IMG/VR virus record: IMGVR_UViG_3300042892_000077
Location: 1 to 56,281 of that record
DNA: 56,281 bases
Source: a virus
Lineage: Duplodnaviria; Caudoviricetes
Strand: one strand, 5' to 3'
Under the pieces are notes generated by a model that was given only the letters and a program-made list of their open reading frames with translations, made no database searches and was not told the DNA's origin. Of this stretch, positions 10,169-20,847 are shown one piece after another (the first letter of the stretch is position 1; each line of letters opens with the position of its first letter). The translations under genes and the position numbers were made by a program.

Positions 10169-13100
10169 ATGGCCACAGCAGGACTCTCTTTCGCCGACCC
10201 GTTTCTCGCAAAGGTCAACGTCGGTGAGGAGCCGAATCCCTATGCGCCGTACAGCCCAACGTCCAGCATGGGAGCGGGTGGTCTTGCTCCGTCTGCTGCC
10301 GACATGGCTGTCATGGGTGAGTCGCTGGTTAAACAAAGCCAGTTCACGATGCCCGCGATGCGCAAGCCCCCGGCCATTGCGTTCAGTCCAACAACCAAGG
10401 AGTTGTTTGTCAATGGCTTGACGTTTGCTGCGGATGATGCGTCTACTGCGCTTCAGTCTGAGCAGTATCTACGCGGCCCCGGCACTGGTCTACCAACAGG
10501 CGGCGACTGGGTTCCGCTCGACGAGCAAGCCTACGCACAGTACCTTGACTCCATCCGCAACCCCAGCTTGGGCCGACTGGCATCCAAGTCATTTGGGCGT
10601 GGTGTTGACTCCATGCAGATGATGGCTGGCCGTGGTGCCCAGCTTCTTGGGGCTGAGGAGACTGGTGCCAATATCGTGGAGCAGCAAGCTGAGGAACTGC
10701 GCAAGACTGAGCCCTTTGAGCGGCAGTTCACCGACATCGAGTCGGGCCGTGGTGCTGTCGAGTGGTTCGTCGCCAACTTCGCCCAGCAAGGGCCAAACCT
10801 GATTGAGTCCGTGGTGACTGCTGGTGCTGGTTTCCTTGCAGGTACAGCCGCTGGTGGCCCTGCCGCTGGTGCGACTGCTGCGTTCGCTGGCCTCATGGGC
10901 AAGTCCGCGTTCAAGGAAGCCATCAAGGCCGCTGCCCAGAAGAAGATTGCGGGTGAAGCCCTGAACGCCGCAGAGAACAAACTCCTGCGTGAAGCCGCTG
11001 GCTTGGCCGGTGCTGTTGCCACATCCTACGCGCAGAACCTTGCCACTGGTGCTGCTGACATCTACGGTGAGTTGCGTGACCAAGGTGCTGATGCCACGGA
11101 CATGGATGCCCGCCTCAAGGCGCTGGCCGGAAGTGTGCCCTACGCTGCACTGGAGACCCTGCCTGAGTTCTTGCTGGCCGGTCGCTTGTTCGGCGCTGGT
11201 GGTCGTGCCGCCCTGCCCGCAGGTGCCAGCCGTACGGCTCGTGCTGGTGAGTTACTCAAGCGGGGTGCGATTGGTGGTGCAGTAGGCGGTACTGCTGAGG
11301 GCTTAACTGAAGCTGGGCAAGAGAGTCTGTTGCTTGGTATCTCTGACCAAGACCTGAGTTCCCCTGAGAGCGTTGACCGCCTCATCAATTCGTTTGCCGC
11401 TGGCTTCGGTGTCGGTGGCCCCATCGGTGCTGTTGCCAACCTCAAGGGCAAGAAGGCCGCGAACCTGCTGAACCCTGCCCAGAACCCAGAGCAGACCCCC
11501 GGTGCAGCCACAGGTACAGGCTTGGCAGTAATCCCACCGACTGCACCACCTACCCCCGGCACGGGTATGGCTCCGTACTTCTCGCCCATTACGCCGACAG
11601 CCAACGCGCCAACTCCGGGCGCTGCGCAACTGCAACTGCCGCCTCCCGGCCAAGTGCTTCAGGTACAGGGTCGCCCGAACTTCGTGGTGGATTCCAGCGG
11701 TATGGTGCGTCAGGCCATGCCAGAAGACACGATTGTTGGTGTCACAGCCAACATCCCTCCGGGTGCCCAGCCCGGCTCGCAAGGTGTGCTCAACATCTTC
11801 GGCGGTCAGCCCGTCACCGCTGGTGAGATCGCAGCCCGTACTCAAGCAGTTGGTGCCCCACCTGAACTAGGGTATACCCCTACGGCCCCACAGCCAGACG
11901 CCCGGCAAGGTGCGCTTCAGTTCGGTGCTCCTGCCCCTACGCCCGTGGCAAACACACAGATGCCCAACCAGTTGCAGGCCATCCAAGACCGGATGCGCAG
12001 GCAGCGTGAGTTCGAGGCTGCACAGGCCCAGCAGCAAGCACAAGTCCAGCAGCAGATGGAGCAGATCGCTCTGCAAAGCCGCAACGCCCGTGACCTGTAC
12101 ACCATGCAGCAAGCCCAGCAAGCTGCCGCCCAGCAGCCGTCGTTGCCGATGGTTCCTGTGACCCGTCCAGCGCCGCAGCAGTTACCGCTGTTTACCCGCA
12201 AGCAAGCACCCATCCCCCCACGTGCCGGGCAGTTACGCCGTGGTGGCCGTATGGCTGCGCCTGTTGCCCCAGCCGAGGGTGATCGTGGCCTGCGCCAAGC
12301 CACACTGCAAGTGCCCATGTTCGGCACCACTGGTGAGCCCACACTGCCAGCGCTTCGGGCAGCAGGTGTTAAGGGCAAACTTAGCAAACCTGTGCCTGCC
12401 AAGGGTGTCAAGCAGATTCCACCTACCGGCAAGGCCGTGACTCCTGCGTCTGTCGAGCGGGCCAAGGCCGCTGAGGCAGCGAAAGTAACCAAGCTCAAGG
12501 CGGGCATCGCCAAACTCAAAGCAAAGGAGACTCCAAGTGCCATTCAAAAGCCAAGCCCAGCGCCGGTACCTGCACGCGGTCGAGCCGCAACTGGCAAGCA
12601 AGTGGGAGAAAAAGTACCCAGTGAAAAGCAAGCTGCCGGAAAAGGTGAAGCCCTCAAAGCCGAAGCCAAAGTCGAAACCGTAACCGACAAGCTCGCTGCA
12701 CGTATCGCCAAAGGTGCCTTCGGTGGCCCTGCTGGCGCACTCGGGGAGAAACTCAAACAGAGAAAGACTCCCCCAGCAAAAAAAGCTGAGGCGGCACCCG
12801 CTGCCGCCGTCGAGGAAGAACAGTTCGTACCCAAGACTGTTGCTGAACTGGAGGCCGTTGCCCAAGCCAAGCGTGCAGCCCAAGTCCAAGAGGAAGAACA
12901 GACTCCTGCCGACACGTTGGCAGAGGACATGCAGGTTGCAGAGACCGCCACCGATATTGCTACGTTCCGTGGTGCTATCCAGACGGTGCTCAACTACGCC
13001 TACTTCACGGGTGAAGAAACCAACACCAAGAAGCTGGTGGAACAGGCGCGTGCCTTCCTCGCTACCACCCAGTTTTCACTGGAGCAGGTGGGCGCAATTG

Positions 13101-16100
13101 ACCAAGCGTTCTTGGATGCTGCCCAGTCTACGATTGCCCTCGAAGCCATGTACAAAGGCGGCGTCAACAAGGGTAAGAACAAGCCGTGGTTCGACTACGC
13201 TGTCAGCCGTAACCTGCTGCCCAGTATCACTGTGCGCGTTACCAATCTGCCACCGGCATACAAGCCACAGGCATCCCCTATCAGCGGCAAGATCGCCAAG
13301 ACTGTGCCCGTGGAGACCAGTGCTGAGAAGCTGACCCTCACCCCGCAAGCCCGCCTCGGCGAGTTGATCGACGCACTGGTCACGCAACTGCGCACTGTGA
13401 CCCGACTGAACCAAGAGGTGAAGTTCCAAGGTACGTCGTACGCCAACGTCGTGGAGTTAGCCAAGGGGCTCTACGCTGCCACTGATGCTGTTGGTCGTGA
13501 GTACGTTATTCGTGGCTACAAGCTCAAGGATTACTTCACCGACAAGGGTGAACCCAAGATGCTCAAGTCGGGTGGTCGGTACCTGATTACCAACAGAGAC
13601 ATGACCACGGCTGATCAGCGCAAGCTGGAGCAAGAACAGAAAGCCACTGCCAAGGCGCTGGCTGCTGAAGCCAAAGCCAAGTTCGAGGAAGACGTTGACC
13701 TTGAGTCCCGCCTTGGTGGCGGCGCATTCAATGTTGAGGACGACTGGGACAGTGCCGATGGCATGTTCTACCGTGATGACGGCACCCCGATTGCTGCGTC
13801 TATCCCTGCCGGTCGTGTGCAAATGATCGTCAAAGGGTTCCTGTCCAAGCTGCGCAGCAAGCCGACAACCTACGTCTACAACAACGTGGCTGACCTCAAG
13901 GCCCGCAACCCCAAGCTGTTTGCCCGCGCCAGTGCTGCACGTAAGCAAGGCGACTTCGAGTCCACCAACTCGGTGGGTTACTCCTTCGGCCCGAACGTCA
14001 TCATCTTCAGCGACTTCGTGCGCACTGAGCAGCAGCTTAAGTTTGTGCTGGCACACGAGACACTGGGCCACTTCGGCTTCAAGGGTGTGATTCCACAGGC
14101 GCAACTCAACGAGGTGCTGACGCGCATCTATGACGCAGACGTGGACTTGCAAGCTGCTGTCGATGCGATGGTACAGAACCAAGGCATGAGCAAGCTGGAA
14201 GCTGTTGAGGAATATCTGGCCGACAACGCTGCCGATCTGGATACGTCCATCGTGGCTCGCATCTGGAACGTCCTGAAGAACTTCCTGAACAAGCTCGGCT
14301 TTGACTTCCGCGACGACGAGGCTCGCTACTTTGTCAACCAAGCTCGCAAGTATGTGCGCCGTGGTGATGGCGGTAACTTCGTCGGAGTCAAGGCAATCGT
14401 CGGTGACATGGAGCAGCTTGAGCAAGACCGTGATGATGGTCGCTACGCTCGGCAGTCGATGGGCACACTGGCATCTCGGGCATTTGCCACGGGGGCTATG
14501 AACCGGCAGTACGGTGGCACTGGTGGTCTGGCTGGTGCGATGGAAGCGTTTGCCAAGGGTGCCTTCGGTGCTCGCAAGGATGTCCCCGGTCGTATCGCCT
14601 CCGTGCTTGAGCAAGTCCAGACACTGGACAACAAGGCTCGCCGCAGTTACGGTCTGAACCAAATCTACAGGTTGCTTGAAAAGCAGCAGCAGTACGCACG
14701 CGCTTTGCTGTCGAAGTACCAGCGTATGACGGCGTTCACCCACTCACCCGATGTGTTCGGGTTTGGCAACGGTGTGACCGAGGCACAGAAGGAAGTGTCT
14801 GGCGAGTTGCTGTCACGCGCTGCGCTGCTGCGTGCCGCTGAGGCTACCGATGAAGTCATCAAGTCGTACGACAGTCTGGTCTCAGTAGACGCCAGTGGTG
14901 TGATCAACGTAGACCCGATTGTGCGGCAAGCCATTGAGAAAGCTGGCTTCGTGACGGCTGAGGAGTTCCGCAAGGGCTTCGACATCACCTACTCCAACGG
15001 CGAGAAGGTGCGCTTCCAGTTCGACGTGAAGGAAGACAGCCCAGAGTGGAAGGTCTACACCGAGTTGCGTGAGACTGTGAACGATGCAGCTATCGACCTG
15101 ATGCTGTCCAACTACGAAGCTGCACAGGCTGAAGGCAAGCGCGTCATCAGCGATCTAAACGCCAAGCGCAAGGGTGCGAACGTGTTCACGGCGATGGACT
15201 TGGAAGCTGTTCGTCAAGCTGCCATGCTGTACCAAGAAAAGCGGTATGCAGGTAGTGACGTTGCCAGTGCTGGTGTTGACCTCAAGCGCAAGTCGCAGAA
15301 GGAATCCGAGGAGTTCGTGGTCGCATTCGGTCGGGCACTGTTCAACGATGACGTGTTCGCAGTGTGGATGAAAGACCCAGCCGCCAAGGCTGAGATCGCC
15401 AAGGACATGGAGGAGTTCCTCAAGGCTGAGTACGATGACCTGCGTGCCCAACTGCCAAGTCTGCGCAGCAAGATCAAGGGCGACACCCAGTCGTTCGAGG
15501 TGCAGAAAGCTATCCGCGATCTGTTCATGTTCGACCTGCAATCCAAGAACGCAGACTACTACGCCAAGCGCACCATCCTTGGTTCGTATGTTCCGTTCAC
15601 ACGCCGTGGCTCTGAGCAAGTGCGACTCGTGGCTGTTGATGAGCGGGGCAACCCAGTGCAACTGGACGAGAACCTGCGTGCCACGCTGCCGTACTTCCAG
15701 TTCGATAGCCGCAGTGAAGCAACCGCCGCTGCTGAGGAGTTGGAGGCTGAGTTCGGTGGCGATAACGAGTGGGTGATGCTTGACGAGACTGGCTCTGAGA
15801 CCACTGTCCGGCTGCGCCCCGAAGTATCCAAGACCCGTCAGTCCCCTGACTTGACTGAAGCAGTGAACTTCAACGAGTTCGTCTACGTGCTGAACCGACT
15901 GAACGTCAACCTCGCACCAGAGACTCGTGAGAAGATCGTCACGACACTGACCAACCAGAACAGTCGCGCACGCCGCAACCTCCAGCGTTCTGGTACTGAG
16001 GGCTGGGATAAGAATGTGGTGCGCTCCGTGTCTGAGCATCTGGAAACGTCGGCTCACGTCGCTGCCAAGAAGCTGTACCGCCACCGCCTCGACGACATCT

Positions 16101-17995
16101 TGCTGACAACCGGCAATTGGTTGGGGGATGAGGGTAAGCTCAACGCACTGAAAGATGCCGTGGATAGTGCTACGTCAGACGGTGCCCGCGCCCGCGCCCA
16201 GCGTGAGTACGATGAGTACGCCTTCATGTACCAGTACATGGCCGGTAGCCGTGGCGGCAAGACTGTCACCATCGGTGGCAAGGAAGTACCCACACTGGGT
16301 CGTGGCGAGGACTACCGTGAAGAAGCCAAGCAGGTGCTGCGTTGGTACAGCGAAGCGTCCAACATCACGGACTCCACCGAGGACATGCTGTCTGGCGAAG
16401 CTGGTTCTGCACTCAAACTTACCACGGTGCTGATGCAGTTGGGTGGCTCTGTCGCCACGGCTGTGATCAACTTGGCATCGCTTGTCACACACAGCCTGCC
16501 ATACCTGTCGTACTACAACTCGGCTCGCGGGTTCGGTGGTGGCTACGGTGAGGCCAAGTCTGCCACTGCGCTCTGGAAAGCTGCCAAGGACTTGAAGAAC
16601 CCCAACTTGTCCGAGGATGCGTTCCTCAACGAGATGATGCGTGATGGTTCGTACGAGCAGTACGGCTTGACGGAAGACGAAGCGCAGTTCTTGTTTGACC
16701 AGACCGAGCAGGGCACACTGCAAGCATCCCAGTTCAACGCGCTCGTGGGTACTGCACGCGGCAAGGTGTTCAACAACAAGGCACAAGCTGCCATTAAGTT
16801 GTGGATGTCCATGTTCAGCTACACCGAGTCGGTCAACCGCCGTGTCACGGCACTGGCTGCGTACCGGCTGGAGAAAGACCGCGCACTTGCCCAAGGTGTG
16901 GACGAAGCACAGGCTATCACTGACGCCACAGAAGCTGCCCGTAAAGCAGTCAACTACGCGCAGGGTGAGTACGCCATGTTCAACCGCCCCGAGATGGCTC
17001 GTGGCAACGTGCTGCAATACATCTTCATGTACAAGCAGTTCGTGATCGTGACTGTGCAGTTGCTGCGTAACATGCCCAAGGAAGGGCAGTTGATGATGCT
17101 TGGCTTCTTGCTGCTGACATCCGGTCTCAAGGGTCTGCCGTTTGCTGAGGACATCTTCGACATCGTGGACACCATCGCGCAGAAGCTGGGGCTGAAGATG
17201 CCAAGCGTGGAGAAAGCACTGTCCGAGTGGATTGATGCTGTAGCCCCCGGCGCTACACCCTACCTGATGCGTGGTGCGCTTGACCGGGTGACTGGTGCAA
17301 CGGTCTCCACCCGCATGGGTATGGGCGATCTGATTCCACTGACTGGTGCGTTCCGCGCTGGTGCTGACCCTGCTCGTGAGGCCGCAGACTTTGCTGGCCC
17401 AGTGTTCAGTGGTATCACAGGGCTGGTAGGCATGGCTGGTTCTCTCACCAAGTACGGTGCGGAAGTAACAGGTCTGCGTGACGACACCACGGACTTCAAC
17501 ACTGTGCTGCGTGAGTCTCCGGTTGCTGCGTTCCGCTCAGTCGGCGACAGCTTCGCCTTCCTCACCGATGGCCGGATAACAAACATGCGTGGACAAGTTG
17601 TGGCAAATGAAGCACCGCTGCACACAGTCGTCGCCCGTCTGTTGGGCTTCTACCCTGCCATTGCCACGGAGCAGAACGACATCGTGCGTATCTCCAAGCA
17701 AGCGACCGAGTACAACAAGGCGATCAAGGCTGAGTACGTCAAGTCGTATGTCAAGGCCAAGCTGGCTGGTGACTCTGACCGCATGGCTAGCATCGCTGAG
17801 GATGTGCGCGAGTGGAACGAAGCTGCCAAGGGTACGGGGCTGGAGATCACCTCGTTCGGTAAGTCAGCCAACCGTGCCGCACTCGAAGCATCCCGTCCGA
17901 CAGTAGCCCGTTATCTCAAGTCAGCACCCAAACAGATGCGGCCTGAGACATTGGAACTGCTGCGGCTCAACGGACTGGACGACGAGATCAGATAG
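10169..17995 (+). CDS. Giant polyvalent virion/ejection protein (2608 aa) with zincin-like metallopeptidase and PLxRFG-like region
   Basis: AHETLGH...EEYLA zincin-like motif; YVPFTRRG; helical C-terminus; GAGGT RBS. Confidence 0.75.
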   Translation: MATAGLSFADPFLAKVNVGEEPNPYAPYSPTSSMGAGGLAPSAADMAVMGESLVKQSQFTMPAMRKPPAIAFSPTTKELFVNGLTFAADDASTALQSEQYLRGPGTGLPTGGDWVPLDEQAYAQYLDSIRNPSLGRLASKSFGRGVDSMQMMAGRGAQLLGAEETGANIVEQQAEELRKTEPFERQFTDIESGRGAVEWFVANFAQQGPNLIESVVTAGAGFLAGTAAGGPAAGATAAFAGLMGKSAFKEAIKAAAQKKIAGEALNAAENKLLREAAGLAGAVATSYAQNLATGAADIYGELRDQGADATDMDARLKALAGSVPYAALETLPEFLLAGRLFGAGGRAALPAGASRTARAGELLKRGAIGGAVGGTAEGLTEAGQESLLLGISDQDLSSPESVDRLINSFAAGFGVGGPIGAVANLKGKKAANLLNPAQNPEQTPGAATGTGLAVIPPTAPPTPGTGMAPYFSPITPTANAPTPGAAQLQLPPPGQVLQVQGRPNFVVDSSGMVRQAMPEDTIVGVTANIPPGAQPGSQGVLNIFGGQPVTAGEIAARTQAVGAPPELGYTPTAPQPDARQGALQFGAPAPTPVANTQMPNQLQAIQDRMRRQREFEAAQAQQQAQVQQQMEQIALQSRNARDLYTMQQAQQAAAQQPSLPMVPVTRPAPQQLPLFTRKQAPIPPRAGQLRRGGRMAAPVAPAEGDRGLRQATLQVPMFGTTGEPTLPALRAAGVKGKLSKPVPAKGVKQIPPTGKAVTPASVERAKAAEAAKVTKLKAGIAKLKAKETPSAIQKPSPAPVPARGRAATGKQVGEKVPSEKQAAGKGEALKAEAKVETVTDKLAARIAKGAFGGPAGALGEKLKQRKTPPAKKAEAAPAAAVEEEQFVPKTVAELEAVAQAKRAAQVQEEEQTPADTLAEDMQVAETATDIATFRGAIQTVLNYAYFTGEETNTKKLVEQARAFLATTQFSLEQVGAIDQAFLDAAQSTIALEAMYKGGVNKGKNKPWFDYAVSRNLLPSITVRVTNLPPAYKPQASPISGKIAKTVPVETSAEKLTLTPQARLGELIDALVTQLRTVTRLNQEVKFQGTSYANVVELAKGLYAATDAVGREYVIRGYKLKDYFTDKGEPKMLKSGGRYLITNRDMTTADQRKLEQEQKATAKALAAEAKAKFEEDVDLESRLGGGAFNVEDDWDSADGMFYRDDGTPIAASIPAGRVQMIVKGFLSKLRSKPTTYVYNNVADLKARNPKLFARASAARKQGDFESTNSVGYSFGPNVIIFSDFVRTEQQLKFVLAHETLGHFGFKGVIPQAQLNEVLTRIYDADVDLQAAVDAMVQNQGMSKLEAVEEYLADNAADLDTSIVARIWNVLKNFLNKLGFDFRDDEARYFVNQARKYVRRGDGGNFVGVKAIVGDMEQLEQDRDDGRYARQSMGTLASRAFATGAMNRQYGGTGGLAGAMEAFAKGAFGARKDVPGRIASVLEQVQTLDNKARRSYGLNQIYRLLEKQQQYARALLSKYQRMTAFTHSPDVFGFGNGVTEAQKEVSGELLSRAALLRAAEATDEVIKSYDSLVSVDASGVINVDPIVRQAIEKAGFVTAEEFRKGFDITYSNGEKVRFQFDVKEDSPEWKVYTELRETVNDAAIDLMLSNYEAAQAEGKRVISDLNAKRKGANVFTAMDLEAVRQAAMLYQEKRYAGSDVASAGVDLKRKSQKESEEFVVAFGRALFNDDVFAVWMKDPAAKAEIAKDMEEFLKAEYDDLRAQLPSLRSKIKGDTQSFEVQKAIRDLFMFDLQSKNADYYAKRTILGSYVPFTRRGSEQVRLVAVDERGNPVQLDENLRATLPYFQFDSRSEATAAAEELEAEFGGDNEWVMLDETGSETTVRLRPEVSKTRQSPDLTEAVNFNEFVYVLNRLNVNLAPETREKIVTTLTNQNSRARRNLQRSGTEGWDKNVVRSVSEHLETSAHVAAKKLYRHRLDDILLTTGNWLGDEGKLNALKDAVDSATSDGARARAQREYDEYAFMYQYMAGSRGGKTVTIGGKEVPTLGRGEDYREEAKQVLRWYSEASNITDSTEDMLSGEAGSALKLTTVLMQLGGSVATAVINLASLVTHSLPYLSYYNSARGFGGGYGEAKSATALWKAAKDLKNPNLSEDAFLNEMMRDGSYEQYGLTEDEAQFLFDQTEQGTLQASQFNALVGTARGKVFNNKAQAAIKLWMSMFSYTESVNRRVTALAAYRLEKDRALAQGVDEAQAITDATEAARKAVNYAQGEYAMFNRPEMARGNVLQYIFMYKQFVIVTVQLLRNMPKEGQLMMLGFLLLTSGLKGLPFAEDIFDIVDTIAQKLGLKMPSVEKALSEWIDAVAPGATPYLMRGALDRVTGATVSTRMGMGDLIPLTGAFRAGADPAREAADFAGPVFSGITGLVGMAGSLTKYGAEVTGLRDDTTDFNTVLRESPVAAFRSVGDSFAFLTDGRITNMRGQVVANEAPLHTVVARLLGFYPAIATEQNDIVRISKQATEYNKAIKAEYVKSYVKAKLAGDSDRMASIAEDVREWNEAAKGTGLEITSFGKSANRAALEASRPTVARYLKSAPKQMRPETLELLRLNGLDDEIR
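12537..12683 (+). CDS. Nested +1-frame small basic protein MPFKSQAQRRYLHAVEPQLASKWEKKYPVKSKLPEKVKPSKPKPKSKP (48 aa)
   Basis: AAGGAG at 12524-12529, 7 nt before GTG; resembles, from recall, the phage 'MPFKSxxQRR' small-protein family. Confidence 0.65.
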   Translation: MPFKSQAQRRYLHAVEPQLASKWEKKYPVKSKLPEKVKPSKPKPKSKP

Positions 17996-20831
17996 CTTTA
18001 AGCTGGCCGTAGGCCAAGTCCTCAACGGCTTGGTCTGCGTCACTGAGGATGCCCTGCAAACGAGGGTGCGTGAGGTTCACACCGATGACGTACGACTGGC
18101 CCAGCTTGATGGGTGAGTCCTTACCGAGGTAAGCCTTCTCAGACTTGGGCGTAGCGATGGCATTCTCAGCAGCGATCTCAGACAGGAACGTCTTGTAGTC
18201 TGCGCCACGGGTAGCCAGCCACTTGCGAAAGTGTGTCCTGTCCAGCAGCACCGTACCATGTGTGAACAGGTCGCTGGATGTCTTGCGGTACATGTCGAAC
18301 CTCACACGCAACTCGCCCCGTGGTACACGGCTGAAGTCGATGGTGGGTTTCTGTACCCCTGTCTGCATGGCTGTCAACGTAGCGTCTGCGGTGTCGTTCA
18401 AGTACTCGGTCAACAGGTCGAACGAGTCGGTCTTGTTCTCGGCCACCGTCCGGCGTATCGCACCCATCTGTGCCAGTGCCCACTCGATTGCAGGGGTGTG
18501 GTCGAAGGCGATCAAGCCCCACTCTTTTGCCAGCCGCCCTGCCCATTCAGCGAGGATGATGGACTGCTCGTAGTACCGCTCACTACCCGCGAACTTGCAC
18601 TTGTATCGGGTGGCGAACTGCGCAGTTGCCTCAGCGATTGATGCACGGATACCGTCGGCTCCAAGCTCCAGCAACCGCCGTACAAACTCGTGGCCCACAT
18701 GTCCGTAGTTGGTGCTGACGAACTCATAAATCATGCGGCCAGCGGTGCTGTCCTTGGTGAACATCTGGTGGACGGGGACGCTCACCTCAAGGATACGGGC
18801 CATCTGCGCATCGGTGTCTAGCCCGGACGCAATCAGCTTGGCATTCATAGACTTGTTGGTGGATACGATAACGGGCATTGCCCATGTTGTCGAAGCGCGT
18901 TCCTCAGCGTTGCGATTGAGTCGGGTCTTGTTGCGTCCTTGGCTGACCCAGTACGCGAAGTCACCGACCTCCTTGTTGTCCATCATCGTTGTCTCGTCGA
19001 TGGTCATTGGCATGTGTGCGTACAGACCCATCCGTCCGAACAAACTGTTCTGTGTGAACTTGGCAGTGAAGTGCAACTCAGCAGGGTTACCATAGATCGA
19101 CTGCACCCAGAACTGGGCCAGTGTCTTGCCGCCGCCTGTCGGGCCGTACAGCGAGATGGTCAGTCCCTTCAAGCCAGTGAATGCGTAGAGCGGAGCAGAC
19201 AGTCCAACCAGCAGGGTGAACATGTGCGCTGGCATTCCAGCTTTCTCAAGCAAAGAGGTGAAGTCCACCCATGCTGACATCGACCCAGCGCGACCGTAGA
19301 GTTCAGTGCCCAGTCGCTGTGACCCAGCCGCCAGTGCGATGGTCTCCTCAGAAACCGTGCCGTCAGCATTGCGCCGCAGGATTGTGTCGCCAAGCACGAA
19401 CTGGGAGAAGTTTTCTTTCCACCCCATCGTGCTGTACATGTTGGTCATTGCGCGTTTCTGGCGCAACTCGTCCATATAAGATCGAAGCATAAGTTGGAAG
19501 TGTCCTGTCTGTGATTTGCCATTGAGCACGATGCCTTGGTCAGCGATGTTGGTCGCAAACTCCCTGTGCCCATCCGTGAGATAGGCTTGCCGCATTGCCA
19601 ACTCAGTCCAGCCCACGTGTGGCCGGTTCCAGTTGTAGCGCACAGTCTCGTAGCCCAGCCCCTCATCCTTGCCGTAGCTCACGGGGTAGATGTCGAACTT
19701 GCACACGTCGATGTCGGTCTCGTCGATGGTCATCTTGATACCATCTGAGGTGCGTTTGAACGGGCGCGGCAGTGGCACATCCAGTGCTGTCGATGCGGGA
19801 GCCTCAGTGGCAACGGCCACCTCTTGGTACTGCACACCCAGTCGTGCTGGGGAACCGATCTTGTCTTTGAACTTGCAGCCCTTGCAGCCACCGGGTCTGT
19901 CCACCTCGAACTTGGTACACGTGGTCGGGCCAGTGGTGGACATCTTCCAGTGGTGTACCTTGCGCAGTGTCTCCGTGGCGTTGAAGCCGGGGTGGTTCTC
20001 GCTCCACGATATGGCTACCTCATCGGGGTCTTGGCAGTACGCAGCCACTCCGATCAGGTTGTACCACAGGGGCTCGGCCACCTCAGTCTGGTTCTTGATA
20101 GCCCAGCCGATCTGCTGGCACTTCATGGCAACCACGGCTGCGACTGCTGGGGGTAGCTCCGCCTGAACCTGCAACGCTTGTGCCAACGGGCTGTTGGATG
20201 TTAAACGTGGGAGGCTCACCGGGCGAGCTACCGTGTACGCAGCCAGACAAGCAGCGATCTGCCCGACCAATGCAGTGGGTGCGTCGATGAGAAGCCGCAC
20301 CTCAGTGCCGCTCTTTGGGTTCTTTGTACCCACAGGGCGAAGCACCCGCGCACTGTCGGCGGGTACGGCTGGGTCAATCTCGAAACCCTTGTCCTTGGCA
20401 GCAGCTTTCATTGCCTCAGCCAGTGGCTTCCATCGGGCTGGCTCAAGCTCCTCGGATAGCACCCAGTACACATGCAGCCCGTTGCCGGAGTGAATGATCA
20501 TAGGCTTGGGCAGTCCCATCTGCTGGACAAACCTACCTGTTGCGGCCAGTCCTTCACGCCACGTGGGGAAGGGTTTGTTCTCACCGCAGTCAACGTCCAG
20601 CGCAATCACCTTGGTGGCTCGGACGTTCTCTTGTTTGCGACTTCCCTTTTCCGTGAATGCGGAGATGGCGAAGTATGTGTTGTTGCCGCGCTGGTCTAAG
20701 CCCAGCACTGCCTTTGCGAGATCGTCTACTGAGGAAAAGAATCCCTGCCTGTTACCGTCTGCATTGATGACGGTTGTGACAAAGAAACCTTCCGACGGTA
20801 GAACCCGCTGAAGAAAGTTCAACGTGTTCAT
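17988..20831 (-). CDS. Primase-helicase: N-terminal RepB/AEP-like primase, PriCT-like domain, DUF927 helicase
   Basis: ALDVD and SGNGLHVYW primase motifs; Cys cluster TCTKF...CKGC; Walker A GPTGGGKT, Walker B MTIDE. Confidence 0.85.
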   Translation of the reverse strand: MNTLNFLQRVLPSEGFFVTTVINADGNRQGFFSSVDDLAKAVLGLDQRGNNTYFAISAFTEKGSRKQENVRATKVIALDVDCGENKPFPTWREGLAATGRFVQQMGLPKPMIIHSGNGLHVYWVLSEELEPARWKPLAEAMKAAAKDKGFEIDPAVPADSARVLRPVGTKNPKSGTEVRLLIDAPTALVGQIAACLAAYTVARPVSLPRLTSNSPLAQALQVQAELPPAVAAVVAMKCQQIGWAIKNQTEVAEPLWYNLIGVAAYCQDPDEVAISWSENHPGFNATETLRKVHHWKMSTTGPTTCTKFEVDRPGGCKGCKFKDKIGSPARLGVQYQEVAVATEAPASTALDVPLPRPFKRTSDGIKMTIDETDIDVCKFDIYPVSYGKDEGLGYETVRYNWNRPHVGWTELAMRQAYLTDGHREFATNIADQGIVLNGKSQTGHFQLMLRSYMDELRQKRAMTNMYSTMGWKENFSQFVLGDTILRRNADGTVSEETIALAAGSQRLGTELYGRAGSMSAWVDFTSLLEKAGMPAHMFTLLVGLSAPLYAFTGLKGLTISLYGPTGGGKTLAQFWVQSIYGNPAELHFTAKFTQNSLFGRMGLYAHMPMTIDETTMMDNKEVGDFAYWVSQGRNKTRLNRNAEERASTTWAMPVIVSTNKSMNAKLIASGLDTDAQMARILEVSVPVHQMFTKDSTAGRMIYEFVSTNYGHVGHEFVRRLLELGADGIRASIAEATAQFATRYKCKFAGSERYYEQSIILAEWAGRLAKEWGLIAFDHTPAIEWALAQMGAIRRTVAENKTDSFDLLTEYLNDTADATLTAMQTGVQKPTIDFSRVPRGELRVRFDMYRKTSSDLFTHGTVLLDRTHFRKWLATRGADYKTFLSEIAAENAIATPKSEKAYLGKDSPIKLGQSYVIGVNLTHPRLQGILSDADQAVEDLAYGQLKAI

Positions 20832-20847
20832 TGTGCCCCTGCTGGAA

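Noticed and set aside
12714-13334. Second +1-frame ORF inside the giant gene
   Set aside because: No SD, Arg/Pro/Ser-rich shadow-frame composition, and no recognisable family.
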